A DNA stretch of 64,000 nucleotides, from the NCBI GenBank assembly GCA_009781425.1, contig WQYC01000006.1, forward strand, positions 7,796-71,795, read 5' to 3'. This DNA comes from Oscillospiraceae bacterium. GTDB taxonomy: Bacteria; Bacillota; Clostridia; Oscillospirales; Ruminococcaceae. The notes under the pieces are model-generated. The model made no database searches and was not told where the DNA came from. It saw only the letters and a list, made by a program, of their open reading frames with translations. Every line of letters begins with the position of its first letter. Within the stretch, counting starts at the first letter, position 1. The position numbers and the translations under genes were made by a program. Positions 51,421 through 61,700 of the stretch are shown here, piece by piece.

Positions 51421-54012
51421 CTATGTTTTTCCGAATCTTCGGATTACGTACCAGCCGCTGACCGCCGAAGCAATCAGGAATACCAAAACCTGTACAGCTT
51501 TAAAGGCTGACGGTGCGATAAAAAGTCCGTTTGCCGTGATGAGTTCAAGCGCGCTTACAGGCGCGAACAGCTCAAGCCCGAAACGATACATCAGCAGCGG
51601 GAACAAGAGAATCCCTGCACTGATGAGCATTGCGTATACATTATGACGGACTTTGAGCGAGATTGCAAGTATCATCATCATGATTCCCGCGAAGAAGAAC
51701 AGCCGCAGAATCAGCATTAACGCTAAATAAATCAATATCGGCATACCGCTCATAGCGGCAGGGAACGCAATCTCTCCCATTATCGGCGGCAGACTTGCAA
51801 GCGGCGCGGCGATTCCGCCGAAGCCGAAGTACCGCCCTGTGTAAATTAAATCCGGCAGTGAAGCGATGATGAAAGCAACAAATACAGTTCCACCGGAAAG
51901 TAATAGCTTTAACCTTACTGTGTCCGCGTGCCCGCGTGGTGAGGCGTTGAGAATCTTATACATTCCTGTTTTGTATTCCATAGGGAATACGCCGCTCAAA
52001 GTCAGAATCATAATCGCAATCAGCCACATTCCCGCGGTTAGTCCCGCGCTCGGATTATTCAGTCCGAACAGTCTGTAGTAGCCGTCTTCATAGACGAACT
52101 GCGCGTGCTTAGTGTCGCGCACATATAAGAACCGCTCAAAAATCTCTTCAAAGCCCCACATACTGTTTATGGTGTCATAATGAGGGCGCAGTAAGTCCCA
52201 GCTTTCAAACCATTCTATTTCGCCGCGCGCTTCCATTTGATTTATGCGGCTGATTTCGGCGTTTGCCGCGTCAAGCTTTTGACGCTCGGCTATTAAGCCG
52301 TCATGCTTTTCCTGTGTCAGCGGGCCTTGCAAGGACAGCATATATTCCTTGTGGTAGCTGTGCCCCCAGCCGAGGTAGGGCTCGCGGGTATTCATTACGT
52401 CATAGCCTTGAATAATCGTGAAGATTAAAAGTATTAACAGTGCCTTATTCGTGAACGCGAGCTTCTTGAATTCGTAGAATTTATAGCCTGTGTGAACCTT
52501 TGCAGGCAGGCGCAGTTTTTTGAACTTGAATAAATCAAGGTTGCTTTCGAGCGCGTGCTTTTTAAGGTAAGAAATGCAAACGGCAACAGCGAGTGCAATG
52601 AAAGCCGCAATTCCGAAAACTACGAAAACAGGCGCGACGCGAACAGGGCTTCCGAGTACATTTAAGTTGAAATAATCGCCGAAAATAATTTGAGGTCTGA
52701 TTAAAGAATACAGGTTCAAAAAGCGCAGAATATTAAGTCCGGAAATAAGCGGAATCGCAGAGAGCGCGATATTTACGGCGGCGAGCAGAATCGTCACGAG
52801 CATTAAAATAATAGAATGCTTTGCGTGAATCGCAATAAGCATGATTGCAATTCCTATGCAAACAAGCGCAATCGTTTTAGCCGTAAGATAAACACCCATG
52901 AAGCCTGCGACGCTAACGCTCAGCGTACTGCCGAAGAACAGCGGCACAGATTGAATCGAGCGCGAAACGTCACCCAAGCCGAAGGTATATTCGGCGAATG
53001 CCGCTCCCGAAATAAACACAAGAACGCTTACAAAAGTAATTGAAACAGCTAAAGCCGCGAGCTTCGCCAAAATCGTATGAATATGCCCTTTCGGGGTTGA
53101 TTTTACGATGAGAAAGAGCCGCTTGTCCTTTTCGTCGGTGATTAAAATAATGCAAAGCACTACGAGCAATAACAAAATAATTAAATCCGAGGACGGCGAG
53201 TTAAACAATACAGTGACTCCGCGGTTTACGTCGTAGCGGATTTCCGTACCGCGCATACCCTCAAAATCTTCCTGCGTTTTGCTTATGTTGCGGGAAGAGA
53301 AGGAATCGGGGTCGCTTCCGAAAATAGCAGAGCCGAGAAGCCTTGCCGCTTCCTCGTCTATTCTGTCAAGATACGCGGAATATGTATTGACGGTTAAGTC
53401 GTTCATAATCGCTGTGTATAAGCTTTTGCGCGCACTGATTACCCACCACGAAAGGTCTTCATCTAACCTTTCGCCGAAGCGTTCGCGCGCTTCCTCGTAC
53501 TGTATTTCAAGCTCCTCTACGTAGTCGCGGAGCCAATTATTATACCAGTCGTCGCCGTAATATTCATCAGCTTCTTCTTCTTCTTCTTCTTCTTCTTCAT
53601 ATTCTTCTTCGTCAGAAGCGTCGCTTAGTGACAGCGAAACGGCATTGAAAACTACTACTCCTCCGCCTCCGCTTCCGCCGCCTCTGACTACCCTGCTTGC
53701 ACCGCCACCTCCGCCGCCTCTGCGAGCCGACATATTTTCAGCGTACATAGCTCTGTAGTTGTAATAATTTTCTTTAATCTGAAAAGCGTCAGCCAAGTCT
53801 ATTTCGTTTTGAAGCCAGGAGAGCTTTTGCCCGAGCGGGAGGACGCGCAAGGTATCAAACACTTCTTTGACTTCAGTGTGCGGAAGCTGTGTATGCGACG
53901 GGCGGTTCAAAAACCATAGGGCTAACACGTTCACCGCGAGCGCGGCGGCGAGCATACCCCAAAAAAGCTTTTTGGTGACTACTTTATATAATTCGTACTT
54001 AAATAATCTCAT
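51421..54012 (-). CDS. large ABC-2-like transporter permease (two membrane domains) with a Gly-rich and poly-Glu insertion
   Basis: 863 aa with about 12 TM helices in two blocks. 4-nt overlap with the upstream ABC ATPase gene. Low-complexity loop RRGGGGGGASRVVRGGGSGGGG...EEEYEEEEEEEEEADE. Confidence 0.7.
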   Translation of the reverse strand: MRLFKYELYKVVTKKLFWGMLAAALAVNVLALWFLNRPSHTQLPHTEVKEVFDTLRVLPLGQKLSWLQNEIDLADAFQIKENYYNYRAMYAENMSARRGGGGGGASRVVRGGGSGGGGVVVFNAVSLSLSDASDEEEYEEEEEEEEEADEYYGDDWYNNWLRDYVEELEIQYEEARERFGERLDEDLSWWVISARKSLYTAIMNDLTVNTYSAYLDRIDEEAARLLGSAIFGSDPDSFSSRNISKTQEDFEGMRGTEIRYDVNRGVTVLFNSPSSDLIILLLLVVLCIILITDEKDKRLFLIVKSTPKGHIHTILAKLAALAVSITFVSVLVFISGAAFAEYTFGLGDVSRSIQSVPLFFGSTLSVSVAGFMGVYLTAKTIALVCIGIAIMLIAIHAKHSIILMLVTILLAAVNIALSAIPLISGLNILRFLNLYSLIRPQIIFGDYFNLNVLGSPVRVAPVFVVFGIAAFIALAVAVCISYLKKHALESNLDLFKFKKLRLPAKVHTGYKFYEFKKLAFTNKALLILLIFTIIQGYDVMNTREPYLGWGHSYHKEYMLSLQGPLTQEKHDGLIAERQKLDAANAEISRINQMEARGEIEWFESWDLLRPHYDTINSMWGFEEIFERFLYVRDTKHAQFVYEDGYYRLFGLNNPSAGLTAGMWLIAIMILTLSGVFPMEYKTGMYKILNASPRGHADTVRLKLLLSGGTVFVAFIIASLPDLIYTGRYFGFGGIAAPLASLPPIMGEIAFPAAMSGMPILIYLALMLILRLFFFAGIMMMILAISLKVRHNVYAMLISAGILLFPLLMYRFGLELFAPVSALELITANGLFIAPSAFKAVQVLVFLIASAVSGWYVIRRFGKT
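53571..53598 (-). repeat. (CTT)9 / (GAA)9 trinucleotide microsatellite inside the permease gene
   Basis: Perfect cttcttcttcttcttcttcttcttcttc run encoding the poly-Glu tract. Confidence 0.9.
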
Positions 54013-54746
54013 TCTTCAAACACCTTCATATAAACAGATTCCAAGCCGCCCTGCGTAATCTCGAACCTTTCGCATAAGTCGGACGGGCTTCCTCTTTCGA
54101 TTACCACGCCTTTTCTGAGCAGGATAACATCGTCGGCAATGGTTTCAATATCCGAAACGACGTGCGTCGCGAATAAAATAATTTTTTCGCCTGCCATGCT
54201 TTTGACGATTTCGCGGATACGGATTCTTTCCTTCGGGTCAAGCCCTGCGGTGGGCTCGTCAAGCACGATGATTTGCGGGTCGCCGATAATCGCCGACGCG
54301 AATAAAATCCTCTGCTTCATGCCGCCGGAGTAGCCGGAAATTCTGTCGCGCAGTCTGTCAGACAGATTCACAAGTGTTGCTACTCTTTCGACTTCTTCTT
54401 TTGTGCGCTTAGGCGGAATGTCCTTCAAGCCTGCTATGTAGCTTAAAAAATCCACGCCGCGGAAGCCGTCGTACATTCCTTGTTGTTGCGGCATATAACC
54501 TAAAACCGCGCGGTAGTCTTTACCTGCTTCCTCGATTCTGCTGACTGCATCAGTCTGCGATGCGCCTTTCCACAGTACCTTCCCCTCGTCGGCGCGCAGG
54601 CTCAGCGTGAGAATATTCATGAGCGTGGATTTACCCGCACCGTTGGGACCTAAAAGCGCGTAAACGCCGTTAACAAGGTCGAGGCTGATATTATTCAAAG
54701 CCTTGTTCTTTCCGTAAGATTTGCTTAAATCTTTAATTACAATCAT
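54009..54746 (-). CDS. ABC transporter ATP-binding protein
   Basis: 245 aa. Walker A GPNGAGKST, signature YSGGMKQR, Walker B IVLDEPT. Confidence 0.9.
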   Translation of the reverse strand: MIVIKDLSKSYGKNKALNNISLDLVNGVYALLGPNGAGKSTLMNILTLSLRADEGKVLWKGASQTDAVSRIEEAGKDYRAVLGYMPQQQGMYDGFRGVDFLSYIAGLKDIPPKRTKEEVERVATLVNLSDRLRDRISGYSGGMKQRILFASAIIGDPQIIVLDEPTAGLDPKERIRIREIVKSMAGEKIILFATHVVSDIETIADDVILLRKGVVIERGSPSDLCERFEITQGGLESVYMKVFEE

Positions 54747-54814
54747 TTGTTTTGCTCCTTTTCGACGCGTTCTACATATAAGACGAATAAAAATCGGGAA
54801 ATGTTTCCTTTGGA

Positions 54815-54843
54815 TTTGACAACTTATTCAGCTTATGTTAAAA
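54815..54843 (+). promoter_or_regulatory. sigma-A-type promoter of the SDR gene
   Basis: TTGACA (54815-54820), 17-nt spacer, TAAAAT (54838-54843). Confidence 0.5.
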
Positions 54844-54884
54844 TAAGTATAAAATAATAATAACATAAAACAAGGAGAATTGCA

Positions 54885-55613
54885 ATGACAAATGTAAAAG
54901 GAAAATGGGCTTTAATCACCGGCGCGAGCCGCGGAATCGGCGAACAAGTCGCGCTTTTCATGGCAGGTCACGGCTGTAATTTAATTTTGCACAGCAGAGA
55001 ATTGAAAAACACCGAAAAAGTACTTGCGGAAGTAAAAGCTTTAGGCGTCGAGGCGTATTCAGTCGCCGCCGAACTGTCGGATTTAAAAGCTGTTGAAGCG
55101 ATGTTAAACGAAATTGAAGCCAAAACGCACGTCGATATTCTTTTCAACAATGCGGCTGTGCAGGTTGCTTACAGAGGTGCTTATTTCCGCACTCCTGCGG
55201 AGGATTTCACCACGAGCTTCATAATTAACACGACAGTTCCTGCAATGATATGCTATCGTTTAATACCAAAGATGATTGAGCGGGGCTTCGGCAGAGTGAT
55301 TAATACAACAAGCGGCATTAAAAACGAGCCTCAGCAGGCGGGATATTCCGCGAGCAAGGCGGCTCTTGATAAGTTCACGACTGACCTCGCGACTGTTATT
55401 GACGGCACTGACGTGATTTTAAGCTTAGTTGACCCCGGCTGGTGCAGAACTGACCTCGGCGGTCCGAACGCTTTTCACTCGGTTGAAAGCGCGATTCCCG
55501 GAGCGGTAATAGGTGCATTTGTGAATGATAAGAAAAGCGGACGGCTGTTCAGCGCGCAGAGCTTCGCGGAGATGAACTTAGAAGACGCGGTTAAAAAAGC
55601 GGAAGCTATGTAA
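54885..55613 (+). CDS. SDR-family oxidoreductase
   Basis: 242 aa. Cofactor motif TGASRGIG, NNAA, catalytic YSASK. Confidence 0.9.
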   Translation: MTNVKGKWALITGASRGIGEQVALFMAGHGCNLILHSRELKNTEKVLAEVKALGVEAYSVAAELSDLKAVEAMLNEIEAKTHVDILFNNAAVQVAYRGAYFRTPAEDFTTSFIINTTVPAMICYRLIPKMIERGFGRVINTTSGIKNEPQQAGYSASKAALDKFTTDLATVIDGTDVILSLVDPGWCRTDLGGPNAFHSVESAIPGAVIGAFVNDKKSGRLFSAQSFAEMNLEDAVKKAEAM

Positions 55614-55622
55614 ACATAAAAT

Positions 55623-55692
55623 GTAGGGAACGCATTTATGCGTTCCGACAAAAACGTGCATTTTAAGCGGAACGGATAAATCCGTTCCCTAC
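55623..55692. repeat. nested-hairpin intergenic repeat, copy B (70 bp)
   Basis: GTAGGGAACGCATTTATGCGTTCC...GCGGAACGGATAAATCCGTTCCCTAC. Same termini and hairpins as copy A at 30400-30485. Confidence 0.85.
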
Positions 55693-55735
55693 AAAAAAAT
55701 GAGCTATCGTACAATTGTGCGGTAGCTCATTTTTG
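55693..55735. terminator. bidirectional rho-independent terminator
   Basis: ATGAGCTA...TAGCTCAT stem flanked by AAAAAAA and TTTTT, between the convergent SDR and adhesin genes. Confidence 0.65.
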
Positions 55736-55741
55736 TTATTT

Positions 55742-58700
55742 TTAATTTCTTATGAACGCTTTTCTTCTGCGCTTTTTGAACAGCAGAACCGGCAGAAGCG
55801 CCGTAACAGCTAATGCTATATTTATTCCCGCGCTTGTTCTCGGGTTTATGTCTTCGCCCGGCGCAAGCGGTATTAAATTCGCCATGATGTCATATTCCTC
55901 CAGCGTCATATCTAACGGGAGAATAATATATCCCTGTCTAAGTCCTGCGCTGTTGTAAACATAAAGCACGCCGTCCTCGCCCATGACGATAGTGTAGCCT
56001 TCGGGCAGCTGTGATGAATAGAAAACCGTGCCTGCGGGAGCGTTATGCTCGTTTATCCCTTGCGGCTGTGAATTGCTTCCTGTTCCCGAATTATTCGGTT
56101 GCTCGGGTTCAGGCTCAGGTTCGGGTTCAGGAAGCGGGTCGGGAGGACGATTGTTTTGGTTTTGCCCTTGGTTGTTATTATCTTCGCCTTGGTCATTATT
56201 ATTTCCGCTTCCGCCACCGGGTCTGCGGGTGTTATTCGGTGCGGGGATTAATGCGAACTCAACGATTATATCATAATCAGCCGCAATGCTTTCAAACACA
56301 AACTCGCCGTGTTCTATAATTGCTTCGAGAATGTCGCTGATTATATCCTCGTCAAGCTCGTCGCCGCCTGCCGAAACTGCAATCGACTCGATTTTAGAGC
56401 CGCTGTCCGGTGCGACCTCGAGCGTGAAGTCTGCGCCATGCTCGGCACTTGCAGGTGCGGTAACAGTTCCTGTGCCGTCGCCGATTGTGTCAGTTGTAAT
56501 TACATAGCTGATTTTTCTGAAAACAGCTTCGACGAGGGTGTTGTCGGTGATTATAGCTTCAAGCTCGAAGCCGCTGACCTCTGCGGTTTTGTCAACGCCG
56601 TTAACGGCTATCGAAACAAATTCATAGAACTGCGCCGCGTTCGGCTCGATTGTAATTTTTATGACCTCGTTGTAATTCGCTGTCGCCGCGCTTGCGGTTG
56701 TTGTTCCGCCGTCGTCGGTTTCGGTGCTTCCGATGAATGATTTAACAGCGATATTATAATCAATCAAGTCAAAAGTAAATTCAACTGTTTGGTCTTCCGT
56801 GATGTTTGTAAGTGTGAGCTCGCTTGCGGCTTCGACCGTTGTTCCGTTAACGGAAACCGCGCTTACGTAATAGCCCGTGTCAGCAGTTGCACTAATTACG
56901 GAAGAACCGCCGTTAAGAACGATTGCGGGTTCTGCCGAGGCGGTGCCGCCTGTGTCGTCTGTTACGATTACGCTGATATTATGCTTTCTCGTGAAGGTAA
57001 CTATTACGTCCGTGTCGGCTGTGATTGAATTGAGAGTGTATGAATTTGCACTCCGCAGTGCAATAAGTGCGAACGAGTTCGCAGTTCCGTTAATTGTGAC
57101 TGCGGTTATTTCGTAGTCGGCTTCGGTGGTTGTTGTGATTGTCGCGTTGTTGCCGTGCGTTACGGCTTGAGCTTCGGGGAGTGCCGTGCCGCCGTCGTCT
57201 GTAATGCCGCTTGTGCCGTTGATTGTTACTGCTTCCGCTGTTACTGTGTAGGTTCTGAGCTTAAAGGTCACGTGAATAATCGTGTCTTCTATCACGATAT
57301 AATCGCCCGCAAGAAGAATTGCAAGCTCGTCGGAATCCGCGTCATCGCCGTTAATTGTGACCTCGTTTATTTCATAGCCGTCGCTCGTATTCGGGGTTAT
57401 GATTACCGCAGGAGCGTTCGCGCCGTGGAAGACGGAAGCGGGGCTTGTTGCGCTGTTTGCAAACGCAATCGTGCCGTTTGCACCCGAGGTAATGGTAACG
57501 TCATAGCTGATTAAACGGAAGAAAACTTTAATATGCGTGTCGTCGGTGATTGTGACGTCAAGCTCTACGCCGTTAACCTCGGCGGTTTTGTCAACGCCGT
57601 CTACGGTAATGGAAGCGAGTTCATAAAAGCCTGCTGTATTCGGCTGGATTGTAACCTTTACAACATCGCCGATATTCGCGTTCACCGCGCTTAGTGTTGC
57701 TGTTCCGCCGTCGGTGGTTTTATCGTCGCCGATAAAGGCTTCGACGAAAACTTCGTAATTGATGAAGCCGAAGGTAATTTCAATCGTTTGGTCTTCTGTA
57801 ATATTTTCAAGTGAAAACCCGTCCGCGCTCTGCGCCGCGGCTCTGAACTGAGTGAACGTCACGGGAGTATCATAGTTCAGTTGTACGCCGTTTATTGAAG
57901 CCGCGCTGATATGATTTCCCGCGTTCGGGACTGCTTTAATGACAGAAGCTCCGCCGTAGATTGTGCTTACGGGCGTTGCCGTTGCCGTGCCGCCTGTGCC
58001 GGCTGCGCCGTCTTTTATGATTACTTCTACATTGTAAGCTATATTCTCGAACTCAACCATAATCGTGCGGTCAGAAACTATTGCTTCCGGAATTGTCCAG
58101 GTATCATTCGTAGTTAGAACGCTTGAAGCTTCGGTGAATTCCTTAACCTTCATGCCTGCATCGGGAGTTGCGGTGATTATTCCCGCTTGTGCGCCGTGCC
58201 AAACGGTTTGGGTTTCGGGGCTGACTATGCCGCCTGTGCCGTTTACTTCGGCTGTGACTGTATACTGCTTTCTCGTGAAGGTGACATGAACAGCTGTGTC
58301 TTTGGTGATTGAATTTAACTGATACGGATTTCCGCCTTGCAATACCATGAGCGCGGTCGGGCTCGGAAGTCCGTCAACTGTGACCTCGGTTATTATGAAA
58401 GCCGTGTCTGCGGTCGCTGTAATCGTTGCACTGCCGCCGTGCAGCACACTTTGAGGTGCGGACGTTACCGAGCCGCCGTCACCCGTAAAACCGCCGCCGT
58501 TAACCGTATTGAAGGTAGCCGAAATCGCGTACACTCTTGTGAATGTGACAATGATATTCACATTGCTTGTGATTGCAATGACTGTGTACGAAGTGTTGCT
58601 TTTGAGTGCTGTGAGTGCGGCTTCGCTCGCCGCTGTGTCTATTGCAGTTCCTCTTGTTATCACGACAGCGGTGACTTCATGATTGGCAGCTGCGTTTGCT

Positions 58701-61700
58701 GTCAGCGTGTAGCTTGCATTATCCTGCACGATTCGATTAGCAGAAACTGTGCCGCCTGTGCCGCTTGGAATAGTAACCGCAGAAACAGTGACTGTGTGAA
58801 TAATTCTGAAGTTAGCAACGACAGCTGTGTCCGCTGTTATGTTCGTGAGCGTGAAGCTGTGTCCCGCTCTGTTCTCGTCTGTAATCGCGCGCTGTACGTT
58901 GTTAACTGTAATTGAAGCGATTTCGTAGCCGCTGTTCGGTGTTACAATGATTTGCGGAGCGTTCGCGCCGTGAATAACCTCTGCGGAGCTCGTTGCGCTT
59001 CCCGCGAAAGCAATCGCGCCGTTTGCGCCTGCGTCAATCGTGACGTCGTAACGTTTGCGCACATTATGGAAAGTATGCTCGGTGATTAAATCATCATCTT
59101 CATTTCTTATGCCGTCCTCGCTGATAAAAATATCAATCGCTTGCGTCGGCGTCAGTTCATAAGAGTCAGAAACTGCTGTCCTCGTAATCGTATATTCGCC
59201 GAGCGGAAGCGTCACATTAAAGCTGCCGCTCGCAAAAGTGCTGTACGAAACGGGCTCAAAAGTCGTGCCTTTATCGGTTCTCCCCACGATGGTGATTGTC
59301 ATTTCGTTGCTTGTCGCGTTTACAGTAATTCCCGCCGCGTTTTCGCAGGTTCCTTTGATAGTAAAGGGATTCGCGAAGTATTCTAAGGGAACAGAGACTG
59401 TCGTTGTAGGAGCTTGCACCCTAAACGCTACTGTTGTACCTTTGTAAAACGCGGGTACATCATCGTCCTCGGCTACAATCGTATAATTACCGTACAGCAG
59501 CCCGCTTCCGTTAAAATAATTAATTCCGTAGGTCGGGTGAATCGCCGGCGAAATAATCGTGCTTACGCCTGTTGTGCCGTTATACGTAACTATACCTATT
59601 TCATTGCCGTCAGCAAGAAGCTTAAATGTCGCGGTAAGCTTTTGTGCCGTTATTGTTCTGTCGAAAACGTCGAAAGTAACAGCACCTCTGTACTCAATAT
59701 GATTAACCCAGTTTGAGGGGAGCGTGCCTGCTCCGCCTGTTGCGTTTCTGCGGTTTGTCTCTCCCTGTCCTGTTACCGAAACATTGTATTGCTGAAACTG
59801 CCCCGCAGTAGCCGCGGTGATATATCCCGTCGGTCTCCCTGATTCTTCGATTAGATAATCGCCGTACATAACATTTTCAAACGTCATGACGCCGTTCTCA
59901 TTTGTTCTTGTTGGTTGATTAAATAAATTAAATCCGTTAGCGTATTTGAGCGTGAAATTTGCGCCGGTCACTGCGTTTTGCGTCGCGCCGCTGAATCCCG
60001 AAACACCGAAGAACTGATTCCGCTTTGTAAAGCTTATATTCGCCGTCATTACGGTGCTGATATAATCAGCTCCTGAGCTTGCAACTCTGTAGGTTCCCTC
60101 TGCATTAACTGTATGGATTGGATTATAATTGAAGCTGACAGTTCTGCTTGCGGCGGCTGTTGCATTGTATGCCGTGTTTATGTTATAACCCGTCGGCGCG
60201 CTCTTCTGCGTAATAACCGTTCCATGCGTAGCTAACGTTCCCGCAGGAAACGCGCCGCTCGCAGTTGTCGTTACGTCGTAAGCTGCTGCGTTATTTTCGG
60301 CAGCCGTAGCATAGTTCGCGGGAGTGAACGTGAAGGTTACACCCTCGAGTCGATTTATCATAGGCAGAATATTGAACGCAGCTGTGCTGTATATGTTGAC
60401 TAAATTAACGTAATCATGAACAATCGAATGAATCGTAACGTCACCTTCCATGATTATGTATTTCGCGTCAAGGTTTAAAACGCGTGTCGATGGCGAGTTT
60501 GTCATTTGGAAGAAGGGTGTGCTGAGAGGTGTATTGCCGCCGGCGTGGGTCAGAGTTGAATTCGTCAGCCAGTAGCCTTCCGGCGCACCTGCCAATACTA
60601 TCTCGTAGTTTGTATCGTATTTGATTCTGTTGAAGGTCACCTGACCGTTTGTGCCGCTTGTCGCTGTTTGCAGAATATTGCCGAAGCGGTCAAGCAGATG
60701 AAAATCTGCTTTCGATAAGACTTTATCTGTATCTGCGTCCCGCGCGGTGATAACCACTCTGCCGAGCGAGCCGCCTGCGGCGTTCGCGTTGAAGCCCACT
60801 GTAGGCACGCTCCCGGGTGAGCTCGGCGTATTGCTGATGCCCGAAAATGAAACCGTGTTGCTTATAGTGGTGTTTCCCGAGCGGTTAACAAATGTACCGA
60901 AAACAAGGTAATAGGTATCGTTTACAGTCCAGCCCGATGTATTATTAATCGCGTTGGCAAGGCTGAACGTGAATTCGTTTTTTACTCTGTCGTAGGTTAT
61001 ATAGCCGGTTGGGGTTTCGTGAAGCCCTGTTCCGCGGAATAAATTGCCGTCGTTAATATTAAGCCTGTCGCTCGGATTAGTGGGTTCAAGGGCGTTTCTG
61101 TGAAGTTTAATATTATCAATATCAAGCACTAAGGTTGGCGAAAGCTGGTCAACAATGGTTCCCATGGTGCTTAGGTTGAGTGCAGTTTTATGCAGGTTAA
61201 TCGGGACAGTCCAGGTTATATATTCGCGCCCCTCGAGGTCGTTTGCAGAGGATTGCACTGCCGACTTGGTCAGCAGCTCTGACGTGACCTCAACAAAAGC
61301 GTCCTCTTTAAAAGTGGCGATATTATCCCCGCTTAATGTGGCGGTGTTTTTGATTTCGATAGTTTTATCGAGAGAAGTATCGGCAGAATTATAAGCGAAA
61401 AACGCCTGAGGAACTGAGATTTTAGTTACTACGGTGATTGTTTGCGGAGTGGTGAGGACTCTTAATTCAGGCGAGGGATTAACAATTGTTCCCAAATCAA
61501 AGGTAACGGTACCCGTGCCCAAGGTTCCGGTAAGCGGAACGCCGTCAATATCTGCTCTCTCAAAATGCGTTCCGGGGAAAAGCGTGTCGGTGACCTGCGC
61601 GTTTTCGATTCTCGCGCCGATTTCGTTAACTGATATTTTCCATGTTAATTCGTAGTTGCTCGGATTATAAGCGTATGTAATCGGATTTTGCGGGTTTGTA

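Noticed and set aside
56250-59070. Regularly spaced ~235-nt repeats that could be mistaken for a repeat/spacer array.
   Set aside because: They are in-frame protein-domain repeats of the adhesin. Units are long and divergent, there are no short identical direct repeats, and there are no cas genes. No CRISPR array is present anywhere in the window.
56011-59716. Many plus-strand ORFs of 60-190 aa (for example 58337-58915), Cys/Arg-rich, inside the adhesin gene.
   Set aside because: They lie antisense to an uninterrupted 7.9-kb ORF with clear domain structure. Their composition (C/R/V-rich) is typical of reverse-frame artefacts of Thr/Ala/Val-rich repeats.
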